DNA from: Alphaproteobacteria bacterium
GTDB lineage: Bacteria; Pseudomonadota; Alphaproteobacteria; MPNO01; UBA830
Direction of reading: 5' to 3'
DNA length: 64,000 nucleotides
Assembly: GCA_965243135.1 (NCBI GenBank)
Contig: OZ251539.1
Span: 6,016,001 to 6,080,000, forward strand
Shown here: one piece after another, positions 32,363-40,848 of the stretch
How positions within the stretch are numbered: position 1 is the stretch's first letter
Layout of the letters: each line of letters starts with the position of its first letter
Notes under the pieces: model-generated
Told to the model about the DNA's origin: nothing
What the model saw: only the letters and a program-made list of their open reading frames with translations
The model's database searches: none
Position numbers and translations under genes: made by a program

Positions 32363-33796
32363 CTACTGCCCTGCGCCGCCCATCCGTTCGTCGAAGTTCG
32401 CCGGCTCGTCGTCGAGTCGTTTCTTGGCCTTCAGCACATCGATCCGCCGTTGGAGATCGGCGTACGGTTGACCGCCCGGGTCGAGCAGGTCGAGCAATGC
32501 GCTCCAGTGCCTGACCGCGGCTTGTTCGTCGCCCGTCGAGAGGGCGAGCGCGCCGGCCAGCCAGAGGCCGCGGCGATTTCGGGCGTCCAGGGCGAGAATT
32601 TTCTCGACCACGGGAGCGAGCTCGTCGCGACTCGGCGGTCTCGGCTCTGCTTCCGCGGCGATGCTGTCGGCCCACGCCATCAGCAGGCCGACGTCGTCCG
32701 GCCGCAAGGCCGACGCCTTGGCGTACGCCGCTTTCGCCTTTTTCCTTTCGGCCAATACGGCATAGGCGCGCGCCAGCCGTTCCCAGCCGGCCGCATCGTC
32801 GGGAGCGTCTTCGAGCCGGGCGGCGAGCCCGTCGACCATCGAGCGGATCATCGCCATGCGCTCTTCGGCGGAAAGTTGCCGGGCCGCTTCGATATCCTCC
32901 CGGGTCGGCCCCGGTCCGGCCTTCGACCGGCCTTTCATCCTTTCGAGCGCGTCGTCGCCGACGCCGGCCTCGGCCGCCAAGGCCGAGATTCGCGGGCGCA
33001 GGAACCCGAGCAGCGGAGAGTCGGGCGGCAAATCTGCTTCCAGCGCCAGCCAACGGTCCAACGCCTTTTTCAGGCGTCCGCCCTGCCGGTCCGCGACGCC
33101 GAGATAGTAACGGGCGCGAGGATCGCCGGCGTCGCGGCGCAGAGCTTCGTCGAAAGCGGAGGCGGCCTGCGGCGTCACCTGGCCGTCGGCTGCCCGGGTC
33201 AAGGCTTCGCCGCGGAGCGAGAAGAATTCGGCGCTGGACGGCGCGATTTTCGCGGCTTGCGCATAGGCGTCGGCGGCCTTCTCGTGGCGACCGAACTGCG
33301 TCAGGATCTCGCCCAGCGCCCGCCAGCGCGACAGATCGTAAGGGTTTTCGGCCAGTTCGGAGGCAAGCGCCGAGACCCGATCCTTCGACGGTCGGTTCGC
33401 TTCGGCGGCGACCGTCTCCGGCCCGGCAGGACGGGCCGGCAGGTCCGGATCGCCGTGAACCAGATAAACGGCGGCGGCGATCGCGGGCACGCCCACCGCC
33501 GCGGCGGCGGCCGCCAGCGGGGCCCTTCCGACTGGCCGGCGGTCGCCGGTTTCGGAGCGGTCGCCGTCGAGGGCGAGAATGCGGCGCCCGATTTCGGCCT
33601 TCGCCGCTTCGGCATGTTCCTGCGAGATCATCCCCGACTCGAGATCGCGATCGACTTCCCGCAGCCGGTCGCGATGAACCTCCAGTTCATGGCTCTCGCG
33701 GGACGGCGGCGCCCGGCCGCCGCGCAGCAAAGGCAGGGCCACCAGCGCGCCGGCGCCGGCGGCCATGAGCGTCAGGACGACCAGCAAGAGCGTCAT
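32363..33796 (-). CDS. ccmI: Cytochrome c biogenesis protein CcmI (CycH), TPR-containing
   Basis: N-terminal TM, HRDRLREVDRD..EIGRRIL, TPR repeats and MIRSMVDGLAARL; coupled to ccmH. Confidence 0.9.
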   Translation of the reverse strand: MTLLLVVLTLMAAGAGALVALPLLRGGRAPPSRESHELEVHRDRLREVDRDLESGMISQEHAEAAKAEIGRRILALDGDRSETGDRRPVGRAPLAAAAAAVGVPAIAAAVYLVHGDPDLPARPAGPETVAAEANRPSKDRVSALASELAENPYDLSRWRALGEILTQFGRHEKAADAYAQAAKIAPSSAEFFSLRGEALTRAADGQVTPQAASAFDEALRRDAGDPRARYYLGVADRQGGRLKKALDRWLALEADLPPDSPLLGFLRPRISALAAEAGVGDDALERMKGRSKAGPGPTREDIEAARQLSAEERMAMIRSMVDGLAARLEDAPDDAAGWERLARAYAVLAERKKAKAAYAKASALRPDDVGLLMAWADSIAAEAEPRPPSRDELAPVVEKILALDARNRRGLWLAGALALSTGDEQAAVRHWSALLDLLDPGGQPYADLQRRIDVLKAKKRLDDEPANFDERMGGAGQ

Positions 33797-34257
33797 TCCT
33801 TCGGCGTCGCGAGCATGGCCTCCAGCCGGCGTTTCTCCTGTTCCGAAAGCGGCTCCGCCTCCTCCCGGACGCGGCGGCACCGGATCGCGATCGCGGCGAC
33901 GCCGACGGCCAGCAGCGCCCATGGCCCGATCCACAACGCGAAGGTCGCCGGCTTGAACGGCGGTCGCAACAGCACGAACTCTCCGTAACGCGCGACGATG
34001 TAGTCGACGACCTGGTCGTCGCCGTCGCCCGCTTCGAGGCGATCGCGCACCAGCAGGCGCAGGTCGCGGGCGAGGGGCGCGTCGGAATCGTCGATCGACT
34101 GATTCTGGCACACCAGGCATCTCAGCGAACGACCGATTTCCCGCGCTCGGGCTTCCAGCGCAGGGTTCTGGAGGATTTCGTCCGGCTCCAGGGCAGGGAC
34201 GGGAAGCGCCGAAAAAAGGAAGGCGACCAGCGGCGCGAAGAAGAAGAACGCCCTCAT
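33793..34257 (-). CDS. ccmH: Cytochrome c biogenesis protein CcmH (CycL)
   Basis: LRCLVCQNQSIDDSDA and RYGEFVLLRPP. Confidence 0.95.
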   Translation of the reverse strand: MRAFFFFAPLVAFLFSALPVPALEPDEILQNPALEARAREIGRSLRCLVCQNQSIDDSDAPLARDLRLLVRDRLEAGDGDDQVVDYIVARYGEFVLLRPPFKPATFALWIGPWALLAVGVAAIAIRCRRVREEAEPLSEQEKRRLEAMLATPKE

Positions 34258-34802
34258 GGGTCGCCCGCCCTGGCGAGAGCCGGACGGATGATCCGGTCGA
34301 GCTCGCCGGGATTGATCGGTCCGACGTGCCGATGGCGAATGCGTCCTTCTGCGTCGACGACGAAAGTCTCGGGGTATCCGGAAACGCCCCAGTCGATGGC
34401 CGCGCGCCCGTTCGCATCGGCGCCGATCCGCGAATAAGGGTTTCCGAGCTCGTCGAGGAACGCCAGAGCGTCCGCCGGCTTGTCCTTCACGTTGACGCCC
34501 ATCACCGGCACGCCTTCTTCGGCGAGGGTCATCAGCACGGGGTGTTCGACGCGGCATGGCGGGCACCACGACGCCCAGAAATTCACCAGCGATACCCGGC
34601 CCATCAAATCCGCGGTCTCGAGGCCCTGCTCGCGACCGGCGATCGGCGGCAACGCCAGGGTCGGAGCCGGCTTTTCGATCATCGGCGACGGGATGCGGGA
34701 AATGTCCTTTCCGCCGGGACCGATCTGCCAGAGATAGGCACCGAAAACGGCCGCCAAAACCGCTAGAAGCAGAGCCGGAGCGATATGGACAGCGCGGATC
34801 AT
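34254..34802 (-). CDS. ccmG: Thiol:disulfide interchange protein CcmG/DsbE
   Basis: NFWASWCPPCRVEHP and GVSGYPETF. Confidence 0.95.
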   Translation of the reverse strand: MIRAVHIAPALLLAVLAAVFGAYLWQIGPGGKDISRIPSPMIEKPAPTLALPPIAGREQGLETADLMGRVSLVNFWASWCPPCRVEHPVLMTLAEEGVPVMGVNVKDKPADALAFLDELGNPYSRIGADANGRAAIDWGVSGYPETFVVDAEGRIRHRHVGPINPGELDRIIRPALARAGDP

Positions 34803-35229
34803 AGCCGAAGCGCAAGTCCGGAACGAACGGGAATTTCTTTCATGGCGGGCGCAAGTCCTGACCGGGCCGACGGGCTTTCGAAGATACGACGATTGGCCCG
34901 AGGGCGGAAGGTCGAACGCATTTCTTCCGCCACGTGCCGGTTCGCCAGCGCGCGCTCGGGCACTGGCGGCCCGTTCGGGTGTCCAGTGAGTCACGCTGGC
35001 CTCCGGCGTCGCCGGCAGGGGCCGTGTTCCAGCCTTGCAGGTTCTGGACATCCACGCGAACGCCGAGTGCATGGAATCTCCGGCGATGCGCATTCTTTTT
35101 CACCGGTATCCGGCCAGTTTGACGAACGAACAATTCCGCGAGGCGGCACAGAAATCCGGCTGACCGGCGATGAACGCCGACGCAATGAGCCTGACGGGAC
35201 CCGGCAGGACTCCGGTTCAACTGACCAAG

Positions 35230-37311
35230 CTATCGGTCCGTTCGCAGGTCATCGAGAAACTCGGAGGCTGGCTCCACGCCGGTGACCAGGAGACGGTCGC
35301 GCGCGCGCGTGCAAGCGACATAGAGAAGATGCCGCTCGGTCTCGTAGGTATCCTCAAGGTCGGCTTCGTCGGCGACGCTCTCGATTCTGGATTGCAGCGG
35401 CAGGATTTCGTCGTCGCACGCCGCGACCGCCACGGCGCGGAACTCTAACCCTTTGGCAAGATGCATGGCGCCGACCGCGACGCTGTCCACGGTCGCGACC
35501 GCGCGTTCGCCCAATTTTGCGAAGGACATTCCAGCAGATCGGACAGCTTCGACTGCGCGTTCCATTTCGGCCTCGGACCGGACGAAGACGCCGATCTCGT
35601 GCGGGGCGTACCCCTCTTGCCGCAGGGCGGAGAGCCACGCGGAGACGGCGGCGCGTTCCGTATCCGCCGATTCGTGGATCTCGACGGCCGGTTCCGGTCC
35701 GTTGAACGCCGAGACCGCGCCGCGCCGGCTCTCGGCAATGCCGTCCACATCGGAAATTTCGCCCGGCAGAAGTCGATCCGCCTGCTGCCGGATCTGGTGG
35801 GAAGTCCGGTAGTTGACGGTGAGCGTCAGAGACCGACCGCGCACGTCCACGCCAAGCGCGCGCCAAGAGAACGGCGTCTGGAAGATTCGTTGCCCGAGAT
35901 CGCCGGCGAAGAACAGGCAGTCAGGCCGGTTCTCGCCGAGGGCGGCGAAAAAGCGGAGCGCCGGCACGTCGATATCCTGCGCCTCGTCGATGACGCAAAA
36001 ATCGAACGGAGGACGACTCGCTTCCGCAAAATGCCGCTCAAGGCGGCGAAACAGTTCAGGCTCCGTCAGCCGTCCCCGTTCATCGAGCGTAGAGCGCACC
36101 CTGGAAAAGATGGACCAGAGGATGGCGCGTTGCGTCTCTGCCAGCCGCGTTTTTCGCCCCAACCGCGCAACGTCTCGATAAGCTTCCCAGCTCTCGATCT
36201 GCCACGCATCGATCACTTTGCTCCATTCCGTACGCAGGAAGCGTCGGCTGAACTTGCGTTCCCCGGCTTGGTCCGCCGCCCTGTCGATCAGTTCTCCGAT
36301 CTCTTCGTCGGAAGCGAAGACGGGCGTTCCGAAATTGGCCTCGTAAAGGCGATATCCGATGCCGCGCATCGAGTGAACTTCAAGGCGCTCGGCGATGCTC
36401 GGCTGGTTGTGGATCAGGCGTCGGAGCCTCGTGCGCAACGCGTTCGCGAGAGCGTCGGAGAATGTCGCGAGAAGGGTCCGTGCATCCGGGTGCGCGCGGG
36501 CGAGATGGACGGCGCGATGAAGCGCTACGACCGTCTTTCCCGTTCCGGCGGATCCCGATACGCGGACAGCGCCGCCGTAGTCGCGTTCGATGATCCGGCG
36601 CTGCGCCGGGTGGAGGAAGACGGTCCATTTCTCCCACGGGTATTCGAGCGCGCGCTTCAGCTCTTCCACGTTCGCCATAACGCGAAAGCGGCGCTGCGCG
36701 TCCGGATGTTCGAACGGGTCTTCGTCCGCGGCCGCCGGTGCCGGCCGATCGGGCGCGCCGCCGGTCGCGAGCTGCAACAACGCTTCTGCCGCCTCCGCCG
36801 GCAGGCGTTCGGCGAGATCGAGCAGGCTATCCTCGTCTGCGCGCCTCACTTCCTCCAGCCACTCGGCGGGAACGCCGTAGCCGAGCAGCTCGTCTTCGGG
36901 CGTGTCGGCGAAAAGCGCGGGCTTCGCCGAGGAGCCCGGCAGGTCTTCCGCGCCGTAGCTCGGTCTTACGGTTTCGCGCACGGTCTCGCGAATTTCGACG
37001 ATCTGTGCGGCGCCGGTTTTGGGGTGGCGACCGATTCGTCGTCGCTCGGCCCAGCGATAGGCATCGTCGTGATGGGCGACATAGGCGAGCAGCAGGCTCG
37101 AGGCGGTCTTGTGGACGATCAGGCGGATGTCGCGGCTTGACCGGACAGACCAGAAATTCTTGTCCTTCGCGCGGTCGAGCTTGTGAAGCGACAGTCCGGG
37201 CGACGAGAGATTCATCTGCAAGTCGAAGGCCGTCATCTTGGCGGCTTTCTGCTCCTCGCCGGTCAGCTTTGCAAGGCTGGCGGTGAACGTATCTGCGATT
37301 CGGAACAGCAC
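35230..37311 (-). CDS. UvrD-like SF1 helicase with N-terminal RelE/ParE-like domain
   Basis: GSAGTGKT, IDEAQD, GDLGQRIF, NYRT, HLAKGLEF and LYVACTRARD; N-terminus SPGLSLHKL..WSVR..DIRLIV..YVAHHDDAY. Confidence 0.88.
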   Translation of the reverse strand: MLFRIADTFTASLAKLTGEEQKAAKMTAFDLQMNLSSPGLSLHKLDRAKDKNFWSVRSSRDIRLIVHKTASSLLLAYVAHHDDAYRWAERRRIGRHPKTGAAQIVEIRETVRETVRPSYGAEDLPGSSAKPALFADTPEDELLGYGVPAEWLEEVRRADEDSLLDLAERLPAEAAEALLQLATGGAPDRPAPAAADEDPFEHPDAQRRFRVMANVEELKRALEYPWEKWTVFLHPAQRRIIERDYGGAVRVSGSAGTGKTVVALHRAVHLARAHPDARTLLATFSDALANALRTRLRRLIHNQPSIAERLEVHSMRGIGYRLYEANFGTPVFASDEEIGELIDRAADQAGERKFSRRFLRTEWSKVIDAWQIESWEAYRDVARLGRKTRLAETQRAILWSIFSRVRSTLDERGRLTEPELFRRLERHFAEASRPPFDFCVIDEAQDIDVPALRFFAALGENRPDCLFFAGDLGQRIFQTPFSWRALGVDVRGRSLTLTVNYRTSHQIRQQADRLLPGEISDVDGIAESRRGAVSAFNGPEPAVEIHESADTERAAVSAWLSALRQEGYAPHEIGVFVRSEAEMERAVEAVRSAGMSFAKLGERAVATVDSVAVGAMHLAKGLEFRAVAVAACDDEILPLQSRIESVADEADLEDTYETERHLLYVACTRARDRLLVTGVEPASEFLDDLRTDR

Positions 37312-37312
37312 T

Positions 37313-39808
37313 TCAGGCCTCCACCGCAACCGGGGCGCCGATCCGGTTCGCGACTTCGGCATATAGATCGACCTCGGTTTCCGGAGTTCGGATGCCGACG
37401 ACCAAGGCGTATCTCGCCGCTTGATCGTATCGTTCGAGCGCATGACGAGTTTTCCACCATCCCGGCGCAGGATAGACGGCGATGTGTCCGCGGCTCGCGA
37501 GATCGGCGGCGTTTCCCCGCCAAATATCTCCATGCAAAGATCCCCGGTGACGCCCTCGCGCTCCGATCAGCCACTCTGGATCTCCGTCGCCTGAGTCGGT
37601 TCCCGCCTCCTCGTTTCGCGCCGCTGCGTTGATCCGGCCGCGAAATGCGTCGATCTTCTCAAGGGGACGTTTGACGTCGAAGCGGAGGCCGTGAGATTCG
37701 TACCGGTAGCGCGACCGAACGCCCCGCTGCGACGGGTTGGGCTCGATGAAATAGGAGAGCGTCACTCGCATTTCTACCGGCATCTCTCCCAAGCCTTCCA
37801 GAACGTCGATTGGCCATGGAAGGCTGTGGAGGTGCATGTTTCTCGTGGTGGGCGTTTTGCCAGCCTCTCGCTTAAAGGGATGCAGGCTTTCCTGGACGAT
37901 CATGGTCAGGGAATTCGCGACGCTCCAGAGCGCCCGGTCGAGATCGGGACAACCGAACCCGCAGCGCCGCAACAGTTTTCCGTAATCTGCCTTCGACGGA
38001 TCGCCGGTTGCGGGCAAGTATGTTCGCTTCATGGCGTCGGTCCATTCCGCCGACTGCACGATGAGCGCCCGAATCGTTTCCGGCCAAAATTCGGGATAGG
38101 CCGCCATCACCTGCGCCGCCATGCGGGACGCAAGCGCCGTCGCGGCGCTGGTGGCGTTGGTTGTTGTGAAGAGCCGGTCGGCCGGTTGGTGGTTGGTCAT
38201 CAACAGGCTCAGGCTCGGCATCGGGACGGCGCTCAGCGAATCCTTCGCGGCGTTGCCGCCTTCGAGCACGACATCGGGTTTCAGCGGCCAGTGCGGCTGC
38301 CACGTCAAGGAGGTCGTGCTGAACGGGATCAGCCCGCCTGGCGGCGCGACGGGCGAATAGCCGTCCGCGTCCGGCTCGGTGATCCGTGCGAGGTCGGTGC
38401 AGGCGCCGGCGGTGAGCACGTTCCATGCCTGGGCCGGATCGTGCACCCCGTCTGTGTCGTTGCTGTCGGGATATTCGAAACATGCGTTCTGATCCTTGAT
38501 GTTTCCGGCGGAGACGACGATCAAGCGCGGAGTCTCGCCCTGTCCGTCGGCGTCCGCCGCGAGCGCATCCAGCGCCGCTGACCAAGCGGATGGACGGCCC
38601 CGATCTCGATTGTCTCGGGCCGTAACGGCCATGCTGAACACCCTTTGCCGAAGAGGGGCGGTGATCTCGGGTCGCGCAATGGCCTCCTTGGTCAAATATC
38701 CATGATGACGAGGATCGTTTCCCGTCGCTCCTTCCATTGGCAGCAGTTTCACCGATTCCAGACGGTGGTCGATTTCCAGGGGATCCCTGCCGGAAAGATG
38801 GTCCGTCAAGTTGCCCGCGAGGGCCAACCCCGCCATCTGCGTCCCGTGGCCTTCGTCGTCGTTGGTTCCCCAAGCGGGTTCGACGGTATGCAGGTCTTCG
38901 GCGGCGAGCGCGGAGGACAGAAATCTGTGGCCGCGATTGACGCCTGTATCGAGCAGGCAAACATGGGGTGCCTCGTCGTTGTCGGAGTACTGGATTCGGG
39001 CCAATAGATCGTCGAGCCATTCCCGTTGCTCGTCGCGGCGCATGGAATCGAAAAATTCCGCTGTCTCCTTCGCTCGCCGCAATTCGGCAATGCTGTTGAG
39101 CGTCACTATGGAACGCCGCATCTTTTCGGCCGACGCGCGAACCAGCAGTACGCTCCGCTCCGGAAAGAACAACTCTCCTTGGGCGATCTCTATTTCCTGC
39201 GCTTCGGCCCCTTGGCGAAATGCGGCGATTGCCGCTGTCCGATTTCGCCGAACGGGCAGCCACATTTCCCACCAGAACGACTCCGCGTCGTCGGTCGGGA
39301 AGGCTTCGGGATCGTCCGTCCAGAGCGCATGCAGACTTGCCATGCGGATCCTCTCGATGGCGTCGATCAGCCGCCGGTTGTCGCGAGGGCGCCCGGCTCC
39401 GTCCCGCTTCTCCGTCAAATAGTCGCGAATGAGGTTTTCGAAGTGATCGAGCTTTCCCTCGGGTACGAAAACGGTGGCGCTGGTGCGGCCGTCCTTTTGG
39501 CGGACATTGAGCAGCTCGATTCCCGAACGTTCCCTCGTCAGGCTTTCGAAGGCCATTTCAATGTCCGGAAAACTTTCGAACTCGACCCGAAGCCCCAGCC
39601 CCTCTTCGATCTCGACAACTTGTTGAGCGTTCCGATCGGCTTCCAACCGAAGAGCGTCGATTTGCCGTTGCAGGGATCTCCCGTGCCGGGCCCGGTCTCG
39701 AACCGGAACCGGAGGCCGTCCGCCGCGAACCGGCGAACGATACGCTTCGGTCTCCGTTACGTCTTCGAGGACGAAGTGCCGATGTCGCTCCTCCTTTCCG
39801 TTCGCCAT
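37313..39808 (-). CDS. S8 subtilisin-like serine protease (IetS-like)
   Basis: Catalytic triad CLLDTGV / GHGTQMAG / ATSAA; SAGN, KPDVV; no signal peptide; directly follows an AAA ATPase. Confidence 0.88.
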   Translation of the reverse strand: MANGKEERHRHFVLEDVTETEAYRSPVRGGRPPVPVRDRARHGRSLQRQIDALRLEADRNAQQVVEIEEGLGLRVEFESFPDIEMAFESLTRERSGIELLNVRQKDGRTSATVFVPEGKLDHFENLIRDYLTEKRDGAGRPRDNRRLIDAIERIRMASLHALWTDDPEAFPTDDAESFWWEMWLPVRRNRTAAIAAFRQGAEAQEIEIAQGELFFPERSVLLVRASAEKMRRSIVTLNSIAELRRAKETAEFFDSMRRDEQREWLDDLLARIQYSDNDEAPHVCLLDTGVNRGHRFLSSALAAEDLHTVEPAWGTNDDEGHGTQMAGLALAGNLTDHLSGRDPLEIDHRLESVKLLPMEGATGNDPRHHGYLTKEAIARPEITAPLRQRVFSMAVTARDNRDRGRPSAWSAALDALAADADGQGETPRLIVVSAGNIKDQNACFEYPDSNDTDGVHDPAQAWNVLTAGACTDLARITEPDADGYSPVAPPGGLIPFSTTSLTWQPHWPLKPDVVLEGGNAAKDSLSAVPMPSLSLLMTNHQPADRLFTTTNATSAATALASRMAAQVMAAYPEFWPETIRALIVQSAEWTDAMKRTYLPATGDPSKADYGKLLRRCGFGCPDLDRALWSVANSLTMIVQESLHPFKREAGKTPTTRNMHLHSLPWPIDVLEGLGEMPVEMRVTLSYFIEPNPSQRGVRSRYRYESHGLRFDVKRPLEKIDAFRGRINAAARNEEAGTDSGDGDPEWLIGARGRHRGSLHGDIWRGNAADLASRGHIAVYPAPGWWKTRHALERYDQAARYALVVGIRTPETEVDLYAEVANRIGAPVAVEA

Positions 39809-39828
39809 ATCGGGGAAAGAACTTTCGG

Positions 39829-40818
39829 TTATCCGTTTCTACTATGCAGCCGGTCGGCGATGACCTTGCGCTCCTCGATCATCGTCCGGATATCGGCTTG
39901 GCGGACCTTGGCGCGTTGTTGGATCAGCGCGTTCTTCAGCACTTCGTTCGCGGCGCGCGTGACCTCGGCGTAGTTCAATCCCTCGGCTGCCCTGGCGAGA
40001 ATCATCCACTGGACGGGGGTTACGGCGCTTCCGGCTAAGCGCGTCTCGAGCAGGGCCGCGATCTGCGGTTGGGTGGGCAGGTCGTAGTGCAGGACGTCGT
40101 CAAAACGGCGGAACAACGCCGAATCGAGGATCTCAGGGTGGTTGGTCGCCGCAACGATGAGGCTGTGCGACCGGTCGTGTTCGATCATTTGTAGAAAGCT
40201 GTTCAGCACGCGGCGAATCTCGCCGATGTCGTTGGCGATTCCGCGCTGAGAGCCGATAGCATCGAACTCATCGAAAAAATAGATCCCTCGGGTCCGGCTG
40301 GTGGCGTCGAACACCTGCCGAAGCTTGGCCGCCGTCTCTCCCATAAATTTCGTGATAAGGCCGTCCAGCCTGACCAAGAAAAGCGGAAGCCCGAGTTCGC
40401 CTGCGAGAACGGAGGCCGTCAGCGTCTTGCCCGTGCCCGGGGGGCCGACCAGCAGCAGCTTGCGCCGCGGCGAAAGGCCGTGATCCAAGATCTTTCCGGC
40501 ATGACGCTGTTCGCGGATGACGCGCTCGATCTGCTCGGAGAGAGGCTTGCCGAGGATCATCTCTTGCAGCCGGGTCTTCGGATAGGAAACCTCCAGAATG
40601 TTCGCCAGTTCGCCGCGCGGGCGGCTGATCGGCACGGGCGCTCCGGCTTCGCGTCGGCCCTTGGCGTCGTCGATCATGGCGCGGAGCTCTTCGGCGAGCT
40701 TGCCGTGGCCTCGCCGCGCTTCGTGGGCGGCGACCTGCATGGCGACCGAGAAGAAACGGTCGTCGTCGCCCTCCAGATGCGATTTCAGCAGCGCCTTGAG
40801 CTGATCTGCGCTAGCCAC
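39829..40818 (-). CDS. AAA+ ATPase (IetA-like)
   Basis: MASADQLKALL, GPPGTGKT, FFDEFDAIG and AATNHPEILDSALFRRFDD; GTG at 40818 fits the GGAGG spacing (alternative ATG at 40824). Confidence 0.9.
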   Translation of the reverse strand: MASADQLKALLKSHLEGDDDRFFSVAMQVAAHEARRGHGKLAEELRAMIDDAKGRREAGAPVPISRPRGELANILEVSYPKTRLQEMILGKPLSEQIERVIREQRHAGKILDHGLSPRRKLLLVGPPGTGKTLTASVLAGELGLPLFLVRLDGLITKFMGETAAKLRQVFDATSRTRGIYFFDEFDAIGSQRGIANDIGEIRRVLNSFLQMIEHDRSHSLIVAATNHPEILDSALFRRFDDVLHYDLPTQPQIAALLETRLAGSAVTPVQWMILARAAEGLNYAEVTRAANEVLKNALIQQRAKVRQADIRTMIEERKVIADRLHSRNG

Positions 40819-40848
40819 GGACATCCTCCCAATGACGCGACAGCCGAT

